From the NCBI GenBank assembly GCA_018715885.1, contig DVKT01000032.1, positions 14,307 through 78,306 of the forward strand: a stretch of DNA of 64,000 nucleotides, in the 5' to 3' direction. Under the pieces are notes generated by a model, which worked only from the letters and a program-made list of their open reading frames with translations, did not search any database and was not told where the DNA came from. Below are positions 21,613 to 30,052 of this stretch, piece by piece (the stretch's first letter is position 1; each line of letters begins with the position of its first letter). This DNA comes from Candidatus Caccoplasma intestinavium. GTDB taxonomy: Bacteria; Bacteroidota; Bacteroidia; Bacteroidales; UBA11471. A program made the translations under genes and the position numbers.

Positions 21613-23847
21613 GTGAAACTAAAAATGTTAAGTATGATAGACAATTCAAAACAAAAAGCGACCAGAGGTACTTCCGGAATCTTGTCCGAGGCCGATGCGG
21701 GTACAGCCTTCTCTTCTGTCATTGATACCGTTTTGGGTAAAATCTGGCAGGTTGTCGAGAATGAAGAGTATGTAGAGGTTGTTACCGATGCTGACGGAAC
21801 ATTCTTGCGGGGCATTAAGAGCGACGGCTCCGTAGAATGGGCAAAAGGCGTGCCAGCTCCGATACGGGAAATTTGTCCGTCGGAGAGAATTGATAATCCC
21901 GAATGGCTTTTCTTGTGGTGTGTCGAGGACTCGGAAGGAGGGCAGTATCCGTTGATGGGCATCAAGAAAGATTATACATTCTGGTGTGCGAAAAATTCCA
22001 CGGAGTTCGACCCGACTGAACTCGAAAAAAAACTCTATGACTTATCCCTTGCTTTGTCGTCTACAAAAGAGGAGCTGACAGCGGCGTTGAAAAGCCGAAT
22101 CTGTTGCGTCAATAAAAAGATCGAAGAGACCGCTGGCGGGCAGACAGCTCTGAATGAACGGGTGTCTACTCTCGAAAATAAGAAGATGCAGGAAAGCGAT
22201 TGTTCCGAAGAACTTATGCAGAAAATCGAGAGTTCCGGCGGTGGTACGATCGTGAACGCCGCCGACGGGCAAGACATTACCTCTGTCGATAATAAGCTGC
22301 AGTTGGCGTCGCGACCGTTCGGGCAGAATAATTATGGCTATGTGCGGTTGAGGAAAAATGCCATTGAAGAATCGAGTTTCGATGAGGAACTTTTGGTTAT
22401 GTTCAGAGGTGAAAAAGAGGGAGAAGAAGAAGAAGGAAATGCGAAGTCATTAGAAGAAAGTCATAAGATATGTACGGCTTCTGCCATGTCGGCGACACAT
22501 ACGATATATGAGGTGGTACATAAGCATGATTTGGGCGGACGTGTTGTGCGCATACCCGATGATTGTGTTCTGTGGTTCAACGGCGGTACATTTACCAACG
22601 GCACGATTCTCAGCAATAAAACCAAGGTGATAAATCTTCCTCGTGCCACGAGCGAGGTATCGAAACAAGGCAGTACATTTGTCAATACGCCTTACGAAAT
22701 CGACATTATCGGGAAGATATATAATATCTACGGGCAGGAAATCACCGTTCGAGGCGATGTGATAAATCGGCATACCCCCTTGTGTTACAATTACGAAATC
22801 AGAATGTCGGACTACAAATACGACAGTAACGGGATAAACAACGCGATGCGTCTTGCCCGTAACTTGGGTATTACCGACTGCATCATTACGATGTATGCTC
22901 GAAATGATTATTCAATCAAAGAAACAGAGAATGATGTATATGATGATGAAAAAACAAACACAGATACAGATTCCATTTTCAATGGGTCGTGTTATATGAG
23001 TGGTTATTGGCGAAATCCTAAATATCGTAATAAACCGGACGATTTGGCAAAGGAGATATACTTGAACGGATTGTCTGTTAAAGCCATAAAAATCCATGCA
23101 GGAGACGAATGGAACGAAGATAAGGATAAGGGTGGTAATGATATGCCTAAATATAAAGAGTATATATGCGCATATATCGAACGGTTAAGTGAACAGCTTG
23201 CCAAGCTTGGTGTTCCCGATTTTCAAGATGTGTATATCGTCAATGAGCGGGGCGATTTGACCGATAGCGGTTCGACCCATGTGTCTATCATTCGGGATTT
23301 GGCCCAGGAAGTGAATGCTATGGGTAAAACAGCCCGTTGCTCATTTGCGGGCGAATACCAGATGGCTAATGCCGATCCCTGTCTTTACGACTGTTTGAAA
23401 CCGGCGTTCAATATCTATCCCTCGCTGTCGTTTAAAGACGGCCGCTCCACACCGACCGACGACTTGGTGAAGTTGATGGATGAGCGTTTGGCGACGATAG
23501 GAACTTTTTGGCAGGGGCGATACGATATGAGCGGTATTGTCCTCTCCGAGATCGGGACCCGTCCGGCTCTTCGGGCGTTACGTGCCCCCGAAGCGTACAA
23601 AGAATCAGATGTGGGTGCGTATTACGGAGACGCCATGATTTTGTTTTGGACAGCTTTTGCCGAGTTTGCCCGAAAGATGAATTTCGAGTACATCTGTGTA
23701 TGGTACTGGGATCGCATTTGCGATTGGTATGAGGCTGCCGGGTGCAGCGATGTGCCCGATTTGGTAGTCGGCGAGAGAAAGTATGTCCTTTGCAATGGTG
23801 GTTCCGAGATTGCCGATAGAATGTATGGAATATTTATAAAAATGTAA
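21613..23847 (+). CDS. Hypothetical protein: phage tail fibre/spike-like N-terminal half plus putative clan-A TIM-barrel glycoside hydrolase domain
   Basis: Two ENxE..D..G....GIKxDG/Y-type repeats, a coiled coil, GGGTIVNAADGQDIT...GYVRLRKN and TIYEV..DLGG....IPDDCVLWFNGG segments that I recall from Bacteroidales phage tail proteins. C-terminal YIVNER, VLSEIG and ICVWYW motifs. No signal peptide; exact start uncertain. Confidence 0.55.
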   Translation: MKLKMLSMIDNSKQKATRGTSGILSEADAGTAFSSVIDTVLGKIWQVVENEEYVEVVTDADGTFLRGIKSDGSVEWAKGVPAPIREICPSERIDNPEWLFLWCVEDSEGGQYPLMGIKKDYTFWCAKNSTEFDPTELEKKLYDLSLALSSTKEELTAALKSRICCVNKKIEETAGGQTALNERVSTLENKKMQESDCSEELMQKIESSGGGTIVNAADGQDITSVDNKLQLASRPFGQNNYGYVRLRKNAIEESSFDEELLVMFRGEKEGEEEEGNAKSLEESHKICTASAMSATHTIYEVVHKHDLGGRVVRIPDDCVLWFNGGTFTNGTILSNKTKVINLPRATSEVSKQGSTFVNTPYEIDIIGKIYNIYGQEITVRGDVINRHTPLCYNYEIRMSDYKYDSNGINNAMRLARNLGITDCIITMYARNDYSIKETENDVYDDEKTNTDTDSIFNGSCYMSGYWRNPKYRNKPDDLAKEIYLNGLSVKAIKIHAGDEWNEDKDKGGNDMPKYKEYICAYIERLSEQLAKLGVPDFQDVYIVNERGDLTDSGSTHVSIIRDLAQEVNAMGKTARCSFAGEYQMANADPCLYDCLKPAFNIYPSLSFKDGRSTPTDDLVKLMDERLATIGTFWQGRYDMSGIVLSEIGTRPALRALRAPEAYKESDVGAYYGDAMILFWTAFAEFARKMNFEYICVWYWDRICDWYEAAGCSDVPDLVVGERKYVLCNGGSEIADRMYGIFIKM

Positions 23848-23851
23848 AATT

Positions 23852-24289
23852 ATGATTGTACCTATTTATGCACCTTATTTTGCCTCGGGCGAGAACCATA
23901 CCGTAGAGTATGCCGAGATAAAACGCCCGTTCGATGCCTTTATGACCGTGTGGGTAAAACGCATCGACGGCACGATATGCAAGAATGAGTATTCGCTCAC
24001 TTGCCGTAAAACGGTGAAGGATTTTGAAGAGTATACGCCCGATGCCGTGATTTCGAGCGAATGGATTTTCAAAGCTCTCGATTTGCAGGCCGATATTGCG
24101 CTGTTTTTGCAAATCAATTCGAGGGGGCGCCTGTGCCTGTGTGCCGATGCCTCCAAAGTCAAGCTCATCGAGCTGAAAACCATAGAGCCGGCAGTGGTCG
24201 TAACTGTCGACAACATGCGGGTCGAGCCGATGAGTTTTATAAAGATAACCCAAGATAATAACCGATCATTAAATCCGACGAAATTATGA
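23852..24289 (+). CDS. Hypothetical protein (145 aa)
   Basis: Starts 4 nt after the previous stop and overlaps the next gene by ATGA; no recognisable motif. Confidence 0.7.
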   Translation: MIVPIYAPYFASGENHTVEYAEIKRPFDAFMTVWVKRIDGTICKNEYSLTCRKTVKDFEEYTPDAVISSEWIFKALDLQADIALFLQINSRGRLCLCADASKVKLIELKTIEPAVVVTVDNMRVEPMSFIKITQDNNRSLNPTKL

Positions 24290-25449
24290 ATAATTGTTTA
24301 GTAACGAAGTTGCCGGGAAAGGTAACCGATACCTCCCTGCTGAAAGTGGGTGATATGAAATTCCACATTGTGTTGAACGAAGGAGAACAGAGTTTGTTTA
24401 CGATACAGGCTGTTCTTGGAGGCAAAGTAACCGCTACGATTGCCAATGTCGTCAAGGGTAATCCGACGTTCAGCGACGGTTCCTTGACTATTGTAAACAA
24501 CTCCGAATTTCCAAAACCTATTTATCAAACCTCTGTGGCGACAGAATATCAGGAATTCGATATTGTCATTTCCAACAAATACGATTTGAGGTATTTGGAT
24601 TCCCCGACTTGTACAATGGGGGCTTTTGATATGAAAAGTTTGGAATATTGCAGCCGTTTAGAGACAATCTGCATCAATGGCGAGATGGTTGGCGACTCGA
24701 GCGTGTTACGGGGTATGACGGCTCTTCAAGCGTTGTTTGTGCGCGGCGCCGGTTTCCGGTTGGACTTGAACGACCTCAAAGAGTGCCCGTTGAAGACGTT
24801 GGAAGTCGATTCGCGAGCAGGATCGGATATGAAATTTTCCATTGAACCTTTGCGGAATATGACCCATAAGAGATTGACAAATTTAACATTGTCGGGCATG
24901 TATGGGACAGAACACAGAGGTATTACGGGCGATTTATCGGTTTTACAAGGCTTTACGGGGCTTAAAAAATTGTCTATATCTTATACTTCCATCGGGGGGA
25001 ATTTGAGTGCGCTGAGTGGCTTTGCCGAACTTGAAGGGGTATATGCGTCGGAGTGTAACTTCGAAGGAGACCTGACCGATCTGCCACCGAAGTGTTATGT
25101 TTTTTCCAACAATGCCGGAAGTAAAAATACATGGTTTACATGGACGGAAGACGCTCGAGCATTCAAAGGCTCTTGTGTGTTGTCGATAGAGTTTCCGATA
25201 AATTTAAAGGGCTCGGATCTGTATTTTATGGTAAAAGACCAATCTGTTTGTTTTCCGGCAGAAGATGAAGACAAAGAAAACAGACAAAGTATAATTTGTG
25301 TCAATACCGATGATAACCATCAGCAATTCTTGTTGGATTGCGATAATTTGTTGCTTAGTGATTTAATAGCAAGTGAGGTAACAAAACTGGAAATAGATGG
25401 TGTACTCTTTATTGAAAATTCTGAAATTGTCTATGAAGGACTCGGTTAG
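24286..25449 (+). CDS. Leucine-rich repeat protein without signal peptide, phage-associated type
   Basis: N-terminus CLVTKLPGKVTDTSLLKVG; repeats ITGDLSVLQGFTGLKKLSI, IGGNLSALSGFAEL and FEGDLTDLP. Confidence 0.65.
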   Translation: MNNCLVTKLPGKVTDTSLLKVGDMKFHIVLNEGEQSLFTIQAVLGGKVTATIANVVKGNPTFSDGSLTIVNNSEFPKPIYQTSVATEYQEFDIVISNKYDLRYLDSPTCTMGAFDMKSLEYCSRLETICINGEMVGDSSVLRGMTALQALFVRGAGFRLDLNDLKECPLKTLEVDSRAGSDMKFSIEPLRNMTHKRLTNLTLSGMYGTEHRGITGDLSVLQGFTGLKKLSISYTSIGGNLSALSGFAELEGVYASECNFEGDLTDLPPKCYVFSNNAGSKNTWFTWTEDARAFKGSCVLSIEFPINLKGSDLYFMVKDQSVCFPAEDEDKENRQSIICVNTDDNHQQFLLDCDNLLLSDLIASEVTKLEIDGVLFIENSEIVYEGLG

Positions 25450-25473
25450 AATTTGGTGAAGATGATTTGATGA

Positions 25474-25510
25474 AAAGTCAGCCGGAAATTATCCGGCTGA
25501 CTTTGTTTTT
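25474..25510 (+). terminator. Intrinsic terminator closing the three-gene module
   Basis: aaagtcagccgga-aatta-tccggctgacttt followed by gttttt. Confidence 0.85.
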
Positions 25511-25597
25511 GAGGAAAGGATCGATATTTTCGTCAGAAATTTTGCAATTTAGGTAGAAATTTTATATCTTACGACGTTTTCTAAAAATTTTAATCGT

Positions 25598-26644
25598 ATG
25601 AAAAGGTGTGTTATTTTGTGGGCAATGTCGTTTTTGTGTATGGCGATGCCGGTAAAAGCAGAAAATGAGGACCCTTATATTCAATTGATAGATGGGTTTT
25701 ATTATTACCTTACATCTTCTAGTGCAGTACTTACGCGTGCTTTCAATATACAATATAATGATATGGAGGTTGTGCGTATTCCCGATACGGTATATTATAA
25801 AGGAAAATCTTATGCTGTACGAGGTCTTGATTCGAACGTTTTTTCGGAGTGTGATCGCATAAAATCTGTAACGCTACCCAGAGCTATTAGAAAAATAAGT
25901 GATGGTGCCTTTGAGAAATGTTTGCGATTGACATCGATAAATCTTGAAAACGTTCAGGAAATCGGAGATAGGGCATTTTTCCAGTGCGGATTGACCGAGA
26001 TTTCGCTGGATGGTGTGAGTATTGGTTATCAAAGTTTTACGGCTTGCGCGTTGAAGTCGATAAAAATTCCCGGGACGTGGACATCTATATCGGATTACCT
26101 TTTTGCCGGTTGCCCTTTTACCGATTTGGTTATTCCGGATAATATAAAAACAATAGGTGAGTTTGCTTTTTCAAATGTGGATTTGAGGATCTTGACTATT
26201 GGTCGGGGTGTTACCCGAATTGATGAAGGTGCTTTTATATGTCATAATTTGGATACAGTAAAAATATTGGCAGTTACACCGCCGGACGGATCGGAATATA
26301 TGTTTGGACCGAATGATTATGCCTATGCGACCCTATATGTTCCGAACGGGTCGCTGCAAGCCTATCGGAATGCAACGGGGTGGAGCAATTTTCAAAACAT
26401 TCGGGAAATGCCTTCGACCGGAATGACCGGTGTCAATGAAGACCTTGTAAAGGTATATGCCTCCGAGGGATCGATCGTGGTCTCCGGGGCGGAGTCGGGC
26501 CGGAGTGTTGCGGTGTATAATACGGCGGGGATCGTCGTTCGGGAAACGGTTGTTCCTACCGATGGACGTGTAGAAATAGCGCTCCCTGCCGGAGCGATGT
26601 ATATAGTGAATGTGGGCGGTACAACCCGCAAAGTGGTACTGTAA
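25598..26644 (+). CDS. BspA-like (LRR_5) surface protein with T9SS-type C-terminal domain
   Basis: Signal peptide, repeats such as IPDNIKTIGEFAFSN, TLYVPNGSLQAYRNATGWSNF cap, and CTD (VYNTAG...YIVNVGGTTRKVVL). Confidence 0.88.
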   Translation: MKRCVILWAMSFLCMAMPVKAENEDPYIQLIDGFYYYLTSSSAVLTRAFNIQYNDMEVVRIPDTVYYKGKSYAVRGLDSNVFSECDRIKSVTLPRAIRKISDGAFEKCLRLTSINLENVQEIGDRAFFQCGLTEISLDGVSIGYQSFTACALKSIKIPGTWTSISDYLFAGCPFTDLVIPDNIKTIGEFAFSNVDLRILTIGRGVTRIDEGAFICHNLDTVKILAVTPPDGSEYMFGPNDYAYATLYVPNGSLQAYRNATGWSNFQNIREMPSTGMTGVNEDLVKVYASEGSIVVSGAESGRSVAVYNTAGIVVRETVVPTDGRVEIALPAGAMYIVNVGGTTRKVVL

Positions 26645-26662
26645 TGCAGCGTATTTATCTTA

Positions 26663-26708
26663 TATATAACGACGAAAGGCCGCTCGTAAAGAGCGGCCTT
26701 TTCGCGTC
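26663..26708 (+). terminator. Hairpin terminator, twin copy 1
   Basis: tatataacgacgaaaggccgctc-gtaaa-gagcggcctttt. Confidence 0.8.
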
Positions 26709-26892
26709 TTGTTGTCGTACTCCATGAGTTTTTTGGAAATCATAAGGTTCTCGGGTAACGATATGCACCAAGAATTTCCGAAGAACCATATGTATATCGA
26801 GAGATCCGATACCTTGTTTTTTGTCCTTGAAAAATTTGATTTTACCGAAAAAATACTTATCTTTCGAGAAGTAACCTTTAAATTTTCGTCTT

Positions 26893-28974
26893 ATGAGAAA
26901 GCGTGAAAATAAGAATTGGTGGCTTGTGTGGGTGGCGATGTGTTGCTTGTCATTTACGACACAGGCAGTTCCGTTGGTAGAAGATATTCCGGTTTCATCG
27001 ATAACGATCTCTCCGTCGATAGATACACTCTTTTTGGGACAGAAATTGACGCTTACATGTAAATTTTTACCGGTTAATGCAACCCAGAAGTCTGTCTTTT
27101 GGATATCGGACGATGAGAATGTGGCAACGGTAAAAGCTGTAAATGATAGTATGGCGGTTGTAACGGCGCAAAGTAAGGGTGTGGTAACAATTCTTGCAAC
27201 AACGGAAGATGGGTTGTTTTTAAACGCTCGTTTGAAGTTGATCGTAGATGATTTTTACGATAAGGTGTTTTTGATAGATTCTATATCTTATAGAATGAGT
27301 AGGGAAGAAGCTCTGGCTGTAGATGTCGTGGGTTTTATAGAGACGACGCATCTTATAATCCCTGATTCTGTTAAGATTTTAGATGATTTGTATAGTGTGA
27401 AATCTATTTTATTGGAAAAAGGCAAGACGCTAAAAAAGAAATTGGCAGCATTGTCGGTTCCTTCCACAGTGAAAAGAATACTCCTAAGAGAAGATTGTAT
27501 AGGAAAAAATTTCTCTGTATATGTTTCAGACTTGGAGGCTTGGTGTCATACAGATTTTGAAGGAGAGTATCCGGATAGTGTTGCGATATACTTGAATAAT
27601 AAACTGATAACAGATTTGGATATACCCGGCTCATATGGATATTTGGGACGTGCTGTATTTGTGAATAATAAAAATTTGAGGGGTGTGAATATAGGCGAAG
27701 GGGTTACTTCGGTGAATGCATATGCGTTTGCAGGATGTAGTAATCTCGAAAGAGTGATTTTGCCGAAAAGTTTGAAAGAAATATCATACGGCATGTTTCG
27801 TGAATGTAAAAATTTGAGGGGTGTGGATATAGGCGAAGGGGTTACTTCGGTGAATGCATATGCGTTTGCAGGATGTAGTAATCTCGAAAGAGTGATTTTG
27901 CCGGAAAGTTTGAAAGAAATACCAGACGGTATGTTTGAGGATTGTGAAAATTTGAAACATATAAATTTACCTCAGGAGTTGCAAAATATCGGCAGTGTAG
28001 CATTTTCATGTACAGGTTTGAAAGAAATAAACTTGCCTAAGTCTTTGAAGATGATAGGCTATGGTGCGTTTTCGTACTGTAATAATCTGGTATCGGTTAT
28101 TGTTCCTGATAGTGTTAATACTCTTTATAACACATTTATCAGTTGTGGTAGTTTACAAACGGTTGTGTTGGGGGAAGGTTTGAAAACCATTGGAAGAAGT
28201 ACTTTTGGCTACTGTACTCGTTTGTCTGAAATATATATACCGGCCGGAGTAACGAAAATCGATCAAAAGCCCTATGCGGCAACAATTGGATATGAGTATT
28301 GGGGACCATGTGAAAAGGTTAGAGCAATATATGGTTGTCGCAATTTACAAAGGGTGGTTGTCTCGCCCGATAACAAATATTATTCCGATATTGATGGTGT
28401 ATTGTTCGATAAAGGGAAAAATGATTTGCTGTATTATCCCGAAGGTAGAACATCAGTGAAGTATGATGTGCCGGAGGGGGTGGATACGATTGCTAGTTAT
28501 GCTTTTTACTATGTTAAAGATCTGAAATCAATACATCTGCCTGCGACACTGAAAATAATCGGATATAGGGCTTTGCCCGGAAGTTTGACGGCGATTATGT
28601 CGCAGTCTATGAATCCTCCGGAAAGAAATTATTTGGGTATATACTCCCTTTATGAGGGTGCTGTCTCTTCGGGTGTGGAGTGGTATGTACCATTGGGGGC
28701 AGGAGATAGATATAAAATGGCATATGGAATAGATGTTATAGAGACATCTCTTCTTAATGTGGATATGGTAGATGGAGATGAAAAGGAATTACGCTTTTAT
28801 GTGTTGCCCGACGGGCGTTTGTCTGTGAGCGGTGTGCTGGTCGATACCATAATTGAAATATATTCGATTAATGGTCGGCAAATATATAAGGGGATAGCCG
28901 GAGATATCCCCTATTTAGGACAAGGTCTTTATTTGGTAAAAATAGGGGATGAAACATGTAAGGTAATCATATAG
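26893..28974 (+). CDS. BspA-like (LRR_5) surface protein with N-terminal Ig-like (Big_2-type) domain and T9SS-type CTD
   Basis: Signal peptide, P.NATQKSVFW.S.DENVATV Ig motif, many IG..AF..C..L repeats, YYSDIDGVLFDK, and CTD IYSINGRQIY...GLYLVKIG...KVII. Visibly more AT-rich than its neighbours. Confidence 0.88.
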   Translation: MRKRENKNWWLVWVAMCCLSFTTQAVPLVEDIPVSSITISPSIDTLFLGQKLTLTCKFLPVNATQKSVFWISDDENVATVKAVNDSMAVVTAQSKGVVTILATTEDGLFLNARLKLIVDDFYDKVFLIDSISYRMSREEALAVDVVGFIETTHLIIPDSVKILDDLYSVKSILLEKGKTLKKKLAALSVPSTVKRILLREDCIGKNFSVYVSDLEAWCHTDFEGEYPDSVAIYLNNKLITDLDIPGSYGYLGRAVFVNNKNLRGVNIGEGVTSVNAYAFAGCSNLERVILPKSLKEISYGMFRECKNLRGVDIGEGVTSVNAYAFAGCSNLERVILPESLKEIPDGMFEDCENLKHINLPQELQNIGSVAFSCTGLKEINLPKSLKMIGYGAFSYCNNLVSVIVPDSVNTLYNTFISCGSLQTVVLGEGLKTIGRSTFGYCTRLSEIYIPAGVTKIDQKPYAATIGYEYWGPCEKVRAIYGCRNLQRVVVSPDNKYYSDIDGVLFDKGKNDLLYYPEGRTSVKYDVPEGVDTIASYAFYYVKDLKSIHLPATLKIIGYRALPGSLTAIMSQSMNPPERNYLGIYSLYEGAVSSGVEWYVPLGAGDRYKMAYGIDVIETSLLNVDMVDGDEKELRFYVLPDGRLSVSGVLVDTIIEIYSINGRQIYKGIAGDIPYLGQGLYLVKIGDETCKVII
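27669..27944 (+). repeat. 138-bp in-frame tandem duplication (two LRR units per copy)
   Basis: Copies start at 27669 and 27807; only 2 mismatches in about the first 115 nt. Confidence 0.95.
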
Positions 28975-28981
28975 CTTGCCC

Positions 28982-29027
28982 TATATAACGACGAAAGGCC
29001 GCTCTTTACGAGCGGCCTTTCGTTATA
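28982..29027. terminator. Hairpin terminator, twin copy 2; bidirectional with rpoD
   Basis: tatataacgacgaaaggccgctc-tttac-gagcggcctttcgttata. Confidence 0.85.
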
Positions 29028-29042
29028 AAAAACAATCCGGTT

Positions 29043-29903
29043 CTATCCCAAATAGGTCTTGAGCAATTTGCTGCGAGAGCTTTGACGCAGGCGGCGAATG
29101 GCTTTTTCCTTGATTTGACGTACGCGTTCGCGGGTCAATCCGAATTTGTCGCCGATTTCTTCCAACGTCATTTCCTGACACCCGATGCCGAAGAACATCT
29201 TGATGATGTCGCTTTCGCGTTCGGTGAGGGTGGCCAGCGCACGGTCTATTTCTTTGGCGAGCGACTCGTTTATCAACGAGCGGTCGGCGATGGGGGAGTC
29301 GTCATTGACCAAGACGTCGAGCAGACTGTTGTCTTCGCCTTCGACAAAAGGCGCATCGACCGAAATGTGCCGACCCGATACTTTCATCGTGTCGGAGATT
29401 TTGTCGACGGGAATGTCCAGCTCTTTGGCCAGTTCTTCGGGCGAGGGGCGGCGTTCGTTCTCTTGTTCGAATTTTGAGAATGCTTTGCTGATTTTGTTGA
29501 GCGAACCGACTTGGTTCAAAGGCAAGCGAACGATACGCGACTGCTCGGCCAATGCTTGAAGAATGGACTGACGAATCCACCACACAGCGTAAGAAATAAA
29601 TTTGAATCCGCGGGTTTCATCGAATTTTTCGGCGGCTTTTATCAGTCCCAAATTACCTTCATTGATAAGGTCGGGCAGGCTGAGCCCTTGATTTTGGTAC
29701 TGTTTGGCAACCGAGACGACAAAACGCAGATTGGCCCGTGTGAGCTTTTCCAAAGCGACACGGTCGCCTTTTTTGATGCGCTGGGCGAGTTCTACCTCTT
29801 CTTCTACCGAAATCAAGTCCTCGCGACCTATTTCCTGTAGATATTTGTCAAGAGACGCGCTCTCCCTGTTGGTGATTGATTTTGTGATTTTTAATTGTCT
29901 CAT
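29043..29903 (-). CDS. rpoD: Primary RNA polymerase sigma factor (Bacteroidetes RpoD/SigA)
   Basis: [41 protein letters not shown] and LTRERVRQI motifs; TATATTTG element at 29927-29934. Confidence 0.96.
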   Translation of the reverse strand: MRQLKITKSITNRESASLDKYLQEIGREDLISVEEEVELAQRIKKGDRVALEKLTRANLRFVVSVAKQYQNQGLSLPDLINEGNLGLIKAAEKFDETRGFKFISYAVWWIRQSILQALAEQSRIVRLPLNQVGSLNKISKAFSKFEQENERRPSPEELAKELDIPVDKISDTMKVSGRHISVDAPFVEGEDNSLLDVLVNDDSPIADRSLINESLAKEIDRALATLTERESDIIKMFFGIGCQEMTLEEIGDKFGLTRERVRQIKEKAIRRLRQSSRSKLLKTYLG

Positions 29904-29999
29904 TCCGCAGAATAAATTTGGGGACGCAAATATAATATATTTTTGCCATATAATGTTCCCCGTTGATGTAATTTTTAAGAAAAGAGGGTTTATATAAGT

Positions 30000-30039
30000 A
30001 ACTGCCGGAGTGCTGTTTTATTGTACACTCCGGACAGTT
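30000..30039 (-). terminator. Hairpin downstream of degP
   Basis: aactgccggagtg ... cactccggacagtt. Confidence 0.6.
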
Positions 30040-30052
30040 GTTGCTGTTTTTC

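Noticed and set aside
27669-27944. Diversity-generating retroelement template/variable repeat pair
   Set aside because: Two A-to-G differences are suggestive, but the copies are tandem, in-frame and mid-gene, other mismatches are not at adenines, and there is no reverse transcriptase.
21613-28974. Intact prophage or integrative element
   Set aside because: No integrase, terminase, capsid, lysis or conjugation genes and no att-like duplication at the ends; only tail-like genes are seen.
26663-29027. Classical integron attC cassette
   Set aside because: The hairpins lack clear R/L boxes and extrahelical bases and there is no intI; kept only as a looser cassette hypothesis.
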